A DNA stretch of 64,000 nucleotides from Ylistrum balloti (lineage: Eukaryota), in the NCBI RefSeq assembly GCF_031769215.1, contig NW_026782064.1, forward strand, positions 1,674,001 through 1,738,000, read 5' to 3'. Below the pieces are notes generated by a model that saw only the letters and a program-made list of their open reading frames with translations, searched no databases and had not been told where the DNA came from. The position numbers and the translations under genes are program-made. Positions 1 through 12,100 of the stretch are shown here, piece after piece (the stretch's first letter is position 1; each line of letters opens with the position of its first letter).

Positions 1-183
1 TACATAGGTTGTGTGTGTAGCATGGCTTCCTGAATCTCTCGTACCAATCGTGCACGATTTAACATTTTATTCATGGCCTCACTGGACAGGTTCTGGGTTG
101 AATACCACACTGGGCTGTCTGGTACACAGGATCTCTCTGGGGTTAGGTAGAATGCATCATTGCGGTTCTTAATACTTTCAGGG
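1..183 (-). CDS. ZMYM4: ZMYM terminal coding exon (PESIKNRNDAFYLTPERSCVPDSPVWYS...HTQPM); the last codon TA- is cut by the window edge
   Basis: ccttttacag acceptor; conserved FYL.PE...DSPVWY C-terminus. Confidence 0.9.
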
Positions 184-3100
184 CTGTAAAAGGAACATTT
201 TATATAAAGGGACACTGTAAAATGGGACAATCTACATTAAAGAACATCGTAACATAAAGAGACATTTCAGAAATACAAGATCTTAGGAGTTTTCATTTCA
301 ATGAAATTTTATGAAACAAAAACTTGGAAGTATTTTTGCAAGTCCTTTTTTGAAATTCAAAATGCGGAGAAAAAATTAAATGGAGGTAGCCATTTTGCTG
401 CACTATGTTGACTTCATGACAGAATATCATTGTCCATATTGACATCACAACGGATTTCTGACCAGCACAGCTTATTGGTACTGTAGTGTATTATAATCCC
501 TAATCCTTAAAGTTGAACACACTATTACCGATATATCGAATCAAATCATGTAGCTAACAAGTCTTTTAATTGATTGTGGTTGTATTTACTTAAAGACCGA
601 GTCATTACAATTGTTTTCTAGAAACTAACTTTCTTTTATTGCTACGATGTTTGACTTGTCTTTGTCTTAATTTAAAGGGATTCACTTTTGCAAAAGTAAT
701 CACACAGGAATGAAAACTGGCTTACACTGTAACACAAATTAAATGATTTTTCATAACATATCATACCTAAGCTTGAGCAATATATTACAGGGCAGTAAAT
801 TACCTCCACACTGTAGAGATGTTTTACTTTTTTACTGACTATTAACTCTCCTGGTTTGATGTGAATAACTTACAGTCACATGTTTGAATGGTAGCAGAGT
901 GATCAGAATATTAGACTTAATGTTGTGTATATTCCCCTAAAAATAATCAAGACTCAGGTCTTTGGTCTCTCTGGAATGACTGTCACATATCATCCAGAAT
1001 GGCTGATTACGGTAGGCAGAGTATAAATTTATCATGAAAATTACCATTTTGAGAGGTAGAACTCGTACAACTTGACAGGACATCTGAGTGGATTGTCTAG
1101 ATTTTCAGCTTGTTCATACACCGGCACCTCATCTTTTTGTTTCTTCTTCTGGTTCACATCATCTAGAAAACAGAATAAGCACCAGTGAATGACAAAGCAT
1201 TTAACAGTTTTGTCCATCATGTACTTTCTAGCATTAACAACTCACTCTTATAAACAAATAGTGATGTGAAGGGTAAAAATAGACCACAGATTCAAATCTT
1301 AAAACCACACCAAAACCTACACACTGTAGAAAAAATTGGTTGATGAGTGAGTTTTACAGAAAATTTTGACCTTGGTGTTACTGTGAACTTATTATGACAT
1401 TTGACCTCTTGTCTCCCTAACTAATGTCCTCTTAGTCATGATGTTCACTAAATATACTCAAGAAAACAAGATGCTGTAACAAGGTACAAACATGCTTCTG
1501 GACAATTCTAGTAAAATTAACTTCACAGAATACTCATATAGAAAAATAAGCTGATTCAGCAAAACAAATTAGTTCTGCTTGTACTCATATGGTCTGATGG
1601 CTTTTACCAAAAAGAGACATAATTTTGATAAAAAGTGGACAGTGTTTTAGTGATTTCATAGCATGGAACCAAATCTCTATACGATTGCAGCAAAACCTCT
1701 GAAAATAAATGCAGCCACAAGAAGTTGAAGAGAGATATATATGATGACTGAGTAACTAACATCACAACATACACTTTTATCTTGGAGATCGGACATAAGT
1801 CCTACAAAGGAGAAGAGATCACTGGGTTCTGTGTGTTTCCACAAGCACAAAACCATTATAATTTACTAAAGAGACAAATGATTAAGCTCAGTGAGGCCAT
1901 GGAGATCACCTACTTGCGACTTTGGTTGGGTTTGGGCAGTAGTAGCGTAGATAGACACTTCGACCAGTGGTGTTGTTCTTGCCAATTGGAGTTTTCTTCC
2001 AGTGCTTCATGATATGTGTAAAAGAAAGCTTCATATGGTCATCGACCTCCTTGAGCATGAAGTACTTGGTGTTGAAGAAGACAAGAGTGTTAAGAAGGAC
2101 ATGAGGAGAGTGGGCACCTAACTGTTTACACTCCCAAAGGTGTTCCTCCTCAATACGACACACAAGCTGGCCTGTAAAACAGTCACACAGATTTTTTAAA
2201 AATTGCTCAAAAAAGAGCTTTTGTCCTAACTAAATCTTTAAGCTATATCCTTGCCAAAGTATCTATATAAAGTTGTACAACAGTTTCTTATAGACACAAA
2301 GGTAACATAATCATCTATGGATACACATAATATACTTTAAATGTTTTCGTCCAATTCTGTCTCAATTCACGAGCGCCGGCAGAGTGATCCATATTATATT
2401 TCATTTTAGACCTAACATTTAGCAGCAATAGAAGATTTTCTGGAATAATTTGAGGGAAAAAAAATTCTAAAAAAGATCTTCAAGATGAGAACCTAAAAAG
2501 TCCTAACATTAAATAAATGAATGTCACATCAGTAGAAAATAGAGTACTGATGATTTTAACTGTATCTAAATAATATACCATATTCTACAAAATATTCATA
2601 GGATTCTTAGGACATGTGAAATTAAATTGGACAAGGCAGCAATGATTATTTATGTGAAATAATTTATAGAGATTTATTGGATACATATTAAGTATCAGTG
2701 CTATACTTAAAGGTTTACTTACCTGCAGTGTTAATCAGTGCTATACTTAAAGGTTCACTTACCTGCAGTGTTAATCAGTGCTATACTTAAAGGTTCACTT
2801 ACCTGCAGTGTTAATCAGTGCTATACTTAAAGGTTCACTTACCTCCAGTGTTAATCAGTGCTATACTTAAAGGTTCACTTACCTCCAGTGTTAATCAGTG
2901 CTATACTTAAAGGTTTACTTACCTGCGGTGTTAATCAGTGCTATACTTAAAGGTTCACTTACCTGCAGTGTTAATCAGTGCTATACTTAAAGGTTCACTT
3001 ACCTGCAGTGTTAATCAGTGCTATACTTAAAGGTTCACTTACCTGCAGTGTTAATCAGTGCTATACTTAAAGGTTCACTTACCTCCAGTGTTAATCAGTG

Positions 3101-6100
3101 CTATACTTAAAGGTTCACTTACCTCCAGTGTTAATCAGTGCTATACTTAAAGGTTCACTTACCTCCAGTGTTAATCAGTGCTATACTTAAAGGTTCACTT
3201 ACCTGCAGTGTTAATCAGTGCTATACTTAAAGGTTCACTTACCTCCAGTGTTAATCAGTGCTATACTTAAAGGTTCACTTACCTGCAGTGTTAATCTTGG
3301 GCTCATATCTGTTCAGGACTTCATTCAAACACTCTGTGAATTTCTCATAATACATATCCGTGAAGATGTTATCAATCCTGCTATTCTCGAACAGATACTG
3401 CTGAATTCCTGCAACAGAGTTCCTTCATAAATGTCACATATGTAACACTGGTCATCATCTATTTCAATGTTATTTTTAATATTGTTATATCATTAAAACC
3501 CAGGAAAAACTAATCTGACACTACTCCAACTGAGCTACCTATTGTACGCAATGTAACAGAGGTCATTATTTGTGTCAATGCCTCTGCTTGGATTTGAACT
3601 AAGGACCTCTGGCTTATTAGTCAACTGATGCTCAACCGTTAGAGCTAAAGAGAAGTTTTTTGAGGTTAGTATTTCATCAGAGTTATACATAACATTCAAC
3701 AATTACAATTATAACAGAAACTCTGAAATAAAGTTATTTATCAGCATTAAAGATTCAAGATAATTTGAACTTCATTAACAATTTCTTAATAAAAAAGTAC
3801 ATCTCCTGACAGAAATAGGCCTGTGTCATAAATATTGAAAGACACATTTGTATTAGCATTATTGTGATATAATAACATAATGTTATCTTTGTCTCAGCAG
3901 AGAAAACATGCTGAGTCTGGCTTAAAATCTGCCTGTCTTACAGAAAAATAAATTTTAGATTTTTAAAGAACATGTTGTAATCATAAGAAATGTTAAAATA
4001 TTTACAAGAGAATGACAAAGCCTACATGATAGACTTTAAAACTTACCTAGACAAAGGTAATAAATACTGTCGGGAGCATACTCGTCCCCATTGGGTTTCC
4101 GCACCTCCTTCACAAACAGACACAGTGAGTAATTGAGTTCGTCAGCGGAACATCCCATCATGTCTGTTTTGAAGAGTTTTAGTTTGCCAGATCCGTGTTT
4201 AGACACTTTCTCTAACTGGGCGTTCTTTAGTACCACCCAATGTTTCCATGCATTGACACCATATGTGTACTTTAGGTACATATTGGCATCTAGAGGAATC
4301 TCTGGTACTTCCTGCTCCATAACCTGCTCTGTCTCCATCTTCTCTTCCTGTTCGAGGGGATGTGCCACTTTCTGTCGCTTGCTTTTGCGACTGGCTCTTG
4401 ACCCTGACCTCTTTGGGCCACGACCCCTTGACCTGGTCTCTCTTGTTGGAATAAGCTCCTCTTCTTCCTCTTCCTGAGGAGGAGGTGGTGGAGGTTCTGT
4501 AATGTAGGAAATGTTACATTACTTGCTATTTTAGACTCTAAAGTTAATTGGAGGCAAGGAATATTTATGCATAAATTTTTCGAAAATGATTAAGAAATCA
4601 TTTGCAATGTAAGGTTTATTTGTTTACAACTGAAACATACTTTCAGAAGTAAATAAGCTGTATTTCACCAATTCAACCACTGCTGAACTACAAGATGTAT
4701 GCATTTCAGTACAAAATTGAAATTTGAAAAATTTCAAAAAATCTAAACTGAGCATAAAGAGATTTTAGCTGAAATGCTGTTTCTTTCTGATATGTATAAA
4801 TAATCACTTTTGCCTTTTCTCCAAATGAAGTATTGACAGATTTACCTTTACCTGTAACAGACAACAGCCTCTTTTTAATTAATATTTATTCTAAAATGAT
4901 CCAGAATAATAGATATTTGTTATTGACCTTCAAACAAAATGTGAGATAAACATAATATTCATTTCGTAATCATGAAACTTCAGGTACACATGTTATTATC
5001 ATGCAGTATTGGTACCAACTCATAGATAACAAGATCTCAACATACAGTACACAAATAAAGAACAATATACGTGCGCGACCAAACCAGTCATTTCTAATTT
5101 TTCAACAAACTTTATATATACAAATTGGCATGAATATTTAAAACATTAAAAGAAATGACTGGACAGATTTTTGGTGATATTGAGTGACCTTGTGTACCTG
5201 CTTTTGAAAGTTGCCATGAATGCGGACACAGAAATATCAGTGTTACATTAATAAGACTAAGTATGATCTCCCAATGTATCTTTTTTCTTTTAACGATTAC
5301 GATGATAGAAACCAATCTCAACAAGCTCGGGGTAAATGGTAGGATCTTTATTGGTTTGTGGACCAGTTTCGCCTGAACCTATGTGGGCTTCATCAGGACA
5401 CCAATTCTAAACAAAATTCTCTCCTAAAGTACATAAAAATCAGAAGGGTTCCTAGAATTTTCTTCTGAGTCACTGGCTCTTGAATAATTTTTCAAACCTT
5501 TACATAAAAACCTGGAGCTAGAATTAAATGCTCTGAACTCATAATCTTTCTCTTGAGATGTATCTGGCTGCTGACTTCTAAGCTTAATACTTCCATTGTT
5601 GGTTTGAATAATAACATTCTTTTATTGTTCCTGACTGAAATTTCTTTGCAGAAATTGATAAAATTATCCTGGTTTTCCGCACAAATTGCACTGTGAGGTC
5701 TTGAATCAATCTTCTCTGTGTTTTCCCTTCTCCAACCTATTTCTATCAAGTTTGAGGATTTATATAGCAAATTTGTAATTCAATCACATATTGTTTCATA
5801 AACTTAACAAAAGTAAAAAGAGGAAAACAATAAATATTAAATAAATTTGGTATGGTATCAGTCAATAATAATTCAAAATTTAGTTAAATATCTTGGTTGG
5901 TATTTTATATTATGTTAATCAGTTAAAGAATTCTACAAAAAAAAGTTCTTCAAATATTCTGATTACTGGGAGAGAGACAGCTATGTTACAGTGATAAAAA
6001 TACTGCTCAATCAGCACTTTTTATCTTTATATCAATATATCTTATATTAAGCAGAACCTTTCTGACAACAGCAGAATGGTGATGAGCATGTCATTCCACA

Positions 6101-9100
6101 TTGAGCTTTTTGGTCAAATAGGGCAATGATAGGATAAGGTGACATTAATCTACACATGGACCATATATTCTCTACATTGTTGTTGGTACTGTACTTTAAA
6201 ATACGTAGTAAATACAAAATTTGATAGATTCTCATTCTCTGTCAGATACATACAGTGTGGCAGAATATTCAGAAAATTTTACTTATATTTTCAGATCTGT
6301 AAAACGAAAAAAATTTATGTTTGAGAAGTTGATCAATAACTGAATACCATTAAATGACCCCGATATTTACTATATATTCTGTAAAAGAATACTGAAACAT
6401 ACATACATACTGGCACATAAATTGCAATTTCACATCTCCAAGCTGTTTCTGCCTTTTAGAAGCCATTCATGCATGAAATATGATCCATACCAATAAGAAG
6501 CACTTAAGATACACTAGGATCTATGATAAGTACACAACTACTTAAACCTACCAGTGTTTACAGGGACAGGGTCTATGGAACTTTCAAGGTCCATCACAGG
6601 TTCAGAAGTCATCTCTGTTGCCATACGAAGGGCCATCTGCAGCATGTCTTCACCAAACTCTCCGTTGGCTTGGCCAGGTGTGGGTGTGACTTCAGGGACT
6701 GGGTCAGGCATAGGTGAGGGAGAGTTTGACACAGCATTCTCATCAGCTGTTGGAGTTTCTGTTATAGGAAAAAAATCAAATGCTATTGATTTGTTTGTTT
6801 TATAATATATAAATAAGTACATGTATATATATTTTATAAATTTCTGATCCTGTTTAATACCAGAAATACTACACAGAAAAACTTTCTTGTAAAACTTCAA
6901 AATGATGAGGTTGTGCACAGACACACTTTATTGTTTGATAAGCAGAAACAAGTATTGTGTTTTATAAGTTGACGATTCTGTAAATTCAGAAAAGTTTTCC
7001 CTCATTATAACTGATCGGTGCTAGAGGCCATAACACTAGTATCATATAACACGATAATGCAAAGCATGACATTATCCCCTGTGCCCCACTGTTTAATGAA
7101 AAGACAATCAATCACAACATATGTAAATATTATAATAACAGATATCATCTCCATTCCACCACTGTTACTGATTTTTTCATGTAGATCATCTTTTCCTGTA
7201 GTATGGTTTGGCATCATTCACAGATACAATGGTTACATAATCAACAGGTTAAATAGGTTCTATTTATTAATTATAATCGATCCATACAACTGAAAGTATT
7301 GAAATGAAGTACTTAACTAAAGTACTAGTTTTATAAATACAAAGGTTTAGGTAATTATCTTGAACAGTTTAAAAGAACAGGTCTTAAAGGACTGCACTTT
7401 GTGATTTTACCTATCTGTTTCCATGGTAACTGAAAAAGTATTTAAATGGAGAACTTCCTCATAACAAAAGGCACCACTACATTACTAGCTTGATAACTGT
7501 ATAAAGTTTTGAGTGATTGTTTTCAATGTTTTCAGAGCACTGGTCCGGAAAATGACCCACAGAACCCGATCTAACATCCCCTGCAAACATGTTTTACGGG
7601 TGATAATGAAGACCATAAATATCTTTTTACATATGTACTACCATTTGTCCTAGACCAGAGTAACATATAAGTCCAACATTGTTCAGGACTAGCATGCCAT
7701 ACTTACTTGCGGAAGTCAAAATGTCCTCATTGTCTGATTCTGATTCTGAGTCTGGATCCACAACTGCCACTGCCTCAGCCATCATCAAGAGCTCAGCTTC
7801 CAAAGGGTCAGACGGTATTCTTTCCTGGATTTCCTGTTCCCATGTAAGTCTAATTAGTATTCTGTATTCTGGACAATTTTTACACTACAGTTGGTTTTAT
7901 GATACAGGAAATGAAGGTGCAATCCGTAATAACTTTATGCTCTTCATGCTAAATGGGACATGGTAAGGAATTAACATGTATGTTTATTTCAATAACTAAT
8001 TATAAAAAACTATCAACATCTAAACCATGGCCACTGGTCTACTGTTTACTACACTGACCTTTATGTGTTTGAAGATGCTGCTAGCTGACTTCTTGGTTGT
8101 GGGGATGAAGCATGGTACTGGAATGGGAACAGGGATTGGGATTGGTACCGGTGTGTACTGAGTGTACATCATCATTGGTGTAGGGATGTAGTAAGGAATG
8201 GGCAACGGTACCAGGCATCGCTTAGGCGTCCAGTCGTCCTCTACAACACAAAACAATGGCTCTGTCAATATGTATTTTCTTCTAATGGTGAATCTGACAC
8301 TATCAATTTTTCACAGATATTGCTATCTTCAAGACAGGTGTAGATAAGTGACAATTTGCTTCTCACTCTAAGCAGGCCACATCACTATTTGGAGTCTGAT
8401 CTAGCGGAAAAACACTGTACATATATATCTGTACACAAAATTATATTCTGAAATTACAACGATGGCAGAATTAATTCTTGACTATAACTTATCTGTGTCT
8501 CCTTGACTTGTGTGTGGGGTTTGACCTTGATGTTAACTGTAACTTTCCTGTCTGTGTCTCCTTGTTGTGTGTGTAGGACCTGACCTTCCTGTGAACTGTA
8601 ACTTACCTGTCTGTGTCTCCTTGTTGTGTGTGTAAGACCTGACCTTAGTCTGTACTGTAACTTACCTGTTTGTGTCTCCTTGTTGTGTGTGTAGGACCTG
8701 ACCTTAGTCTGTACTGTAACTTACCTGTCTGTGTCTCCTTGGTGTGTGTGTAGGACCTGATCTTGGTCTGAACTGTAACTTACCTGTCTGTGTCTCCTTG
8801 TTGTGTGTGTAGGACCTGACCTTAGTCTAAACTGTAACTTACCTTTCTCTGTCTCCTTGTTGTGTGTGTAGGGCCTGACCTTGGTCTGAACTGTAACTTA
8901 CATGTCTGTGTCACCTTGTTGTGTGTGTAGGACCTGACCTTGATGTGAACTGTAACTTACCTGTCTGTGTTTCCTTGGTCTGTGTGTAGGACCTGACCTT
9001 AGTCTTAACTGTAACTTACCTGTCTGTGTCTCCTTGTTGTGTGTGTAGGACCTGACCTTGATGTGAACTGTAACTTACCTGTCTGTGTCTCCTTGTTGTG

Positions 9101-12100
9101 TGTGTAGGACCTGATCTTGGTCTGAACTGTAACTTACCTGTCTGTGTCTCCTTGGTCTGTGTGTAGGACCTGACCTTAGTCTTAACTGTAACTTACCTGT
9201 CTGTGTCTCCTTGGTCTGTGTGTGGGGCCTGCAGGATGTGGCCTTGGTCTGTACAAAAGGTTTACACAAGAGTGATTTGTTCTTGACTGTCTTTGGTGGT
9301 GGAGGTTGGATAATGATCTGTTGTGGTGGTGTCTGCATGGCTGTAGTGGTAACAGATGCCTGTCAATACAAAATTCACTAAATTAAATAAATCCTGTACA
9401 TTGATCACTTGTCAATGAAATTTACAAAGTTTTCTATCCATTATTTGACAGATGGTAAAAAAGTAAACTGGTAAATCTGTCTATGATGAATTTATTTTCA
9501 CCAACATCAAACACACATAAAAAAGTACTATTTTACATAGTTGTTACAAAAGAAGTTGCTCATTGTATGTTACGAGACACACAAGAAATTTACATAACAT
9601 TGTTATGCGCGATACAATGTGATAATTGACAGTATTTTGTACATTCCTGGAATGGTTTATAGGTTAAATTGTTTGAATTAAGACACAGACAGCGCACCTG
9701 TGTAATCCCTTAAAAAAATAAAAATAATCCTAAATCTCAAAGAAACAAGAACTAGTGGTTGATACAAACCCTTGGTTGTGCCTGACTGTTGACGAGATTT
9801 GGCATCTGAGTATTTCTCATTGCTTGTTGCTGCGGCCCTGGAATATACAGCAGTTTTATGGTTATTTCTGTATTTCTATCAACACTTTAATTTCATGAGT
9901 AACATACAATATTTCCATGAGCAACATACATCAGGGTTTGTTTTATGAGGAGAACAAGTTAAAGATATATAGACATTAATTACCCTTCTCTAACAGACAT
10001 AATGCCACATTGCCTGGCTACAGTTCAGATAGTTGTTGATCAACATTATTATATATAAATGGATTAAGAAAAAACATCAAAAGACAATATTTCTTTCATA
10101 TCTTGTACATTGTTTTATATAAGACATATTTTCTTAGCATTCAATTATGTGATATGCTGTCTTTGATGTGTCATTAAGTTATCTTCTGTTGTTCCATTTG
10201 TCTGAGACTTGTTTACAGTAAGAACTGATGAGATTCTTTAGAACAGTATAATAGAATCAGGTATAATTGTGTCATACTTTAACATAAAGGTACTCCTCCT
10301 GAAATCTGGCAGATGAACCACATCACACATGACATTTATTCTTAGAGAATTTCTGGCTAGGACAATGAAATACAAATAGCAAACAGTGGAAGTAGATATT
10401 AGACCTTTGACTGTGACCCTATGTGTATGCAAATGGGAAAAAGTCTGCAACAGATATTGACTTTCAAACAGTTAGTGGTATTTAAATACAGAAAATGACC
10501 ATAATATTACTGGTCACAACCTGGGCCGAAGGCTGAATATTATCCTCATTCTTAAACAGGAACAAAAGTATCTTTATAGTTAGCAATATTAATTAAAGCG
10601 GCATTCTAAACTAAGAATTAAATATCAAACTACATGTGTACCAAGCATAAAAAAGCATGCATTAAATCATAACACCAAAGCACCGTTCACCCAATTCTGG
10701 GATCATCATTTTCATCTCTAATTCTATTTAATCTCTTTTACTAGTTTTTGTAAATGAGACCATGGTCTTACACACTGATTAATCAAAGTAAATATACACA
10801 GAAGCCAGGAAATTCAAAAAGCAGATGTATATATATATAAGGTAATTCTATATTTGTTTACCAAAGACATTTTGTTAAAGGATGGAAGGAGAGAAACTTG
10901 ACAAATTTTTCAAAAATAAAGGTGAATTTTTTTGAAAGAAATCACTGAAGCAGCCGAAGCATCCTAGTACATTTCTAACACCAATTACAACAGATATATA
11001 TAATATTATACATCAAATCAGTATGCATTAATTTCTGACGGTTAATCTTCAAACAAATGAAGACTTTATAATAAACTAAATGCTTCCTTATCATTCCCTT
11101 TGACAGCCAATGGGTAATTGCAAGGCGTGTAAAAGCACACAGAAATAAATTATAAGCAGATTTTTAAATATAGTATTTAAGCATAAGATATAAAACTAAT
11201 CTTGTTCCAAAAAATACATAGTTTATGATTAGCTATTTAAATAAATATTTTTTACTGGTATATAAGTAGATACATGACTGAAAAAGCTCAATTCTAAAAA
11301 CATATTGTATCTGTACAAAATCCTGATTTAAAATGATTATATTTAAGATACAGAAGTTTGATTGAGAGTTTTGATGATTCACTGAATCAAAATAGTCAAC
11401 TATAATGCATGATCTTGTATATTAAGTAGAAAAAAAAACCTCACGTATCCATAATGTATATCAGTAATGTGTTATTCAGCTATACAATTGGAAACAAGAT
11501 AAAGTGTTCTCTATGATATTAAAAGTGCATGCATTTTGCAAATTAAATACCTCGTAGCAACTGGACATTGTTTTTTTTAGGCTGGGTCTTGCTTGCATCT
11601 GCAGCAAGATAAAATTTTGTTCATTTTCATACTTAAATCTATAAGTAAAAGTGTTGATAAAATTTGAAAATGACAAAACCTTTATATCAAAATCATGTTA
11701 TAGATGGAGAAATGTAAATCTCAAATCAAATTATATTAAAATGTATCAAATGAGATAATAAATGTCCTACCTTCTACACAAATCTAATGGTACTGTTTTT
11801 ATATGAAACTGACTATTAATGCAAGACTGTAAAGTCAAACTTAAATAAAAAAGACATCTGTGTCAGTCTCATATATTAGGTAATCTATCTAACAGTACAG
11901 CAGAGGATGGGAGAAAACAAGGAATGTATGATAACTAGTTGTTAAACTTACCTGTGTTTTGAGATGATAAGGAAACCACATTGGAGATGACTGGCACATG
12001 TGTCTGTTTTTGCTGAGAGGTAACCACTTCAACAGATATATACAAAATACAATGCACATATTGATAAGGGTTGTCTAATGATAAATCTAATAAACCAGGT

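Noticed and set aside
3548-3655. True tRNA genes (also at 20424-20525 and 26089-26528)
   Set aside because: A and B boxes are present but there is no intact acceptor or anticodon stem; they share SINE-like tails and occur as diverged copies.
4133-4477. Plus-strand ORFs overlapping ZMYM exons (also 6554..6805, 15852..16156, 18919..19473) and minus-strand ORFs over DBHS exons (24191..24556, 26721..27053, 30177..30500, 38527..38940)
   Set aside because: Antisense shadows of real or low-complexity coding exons; no independent signals.
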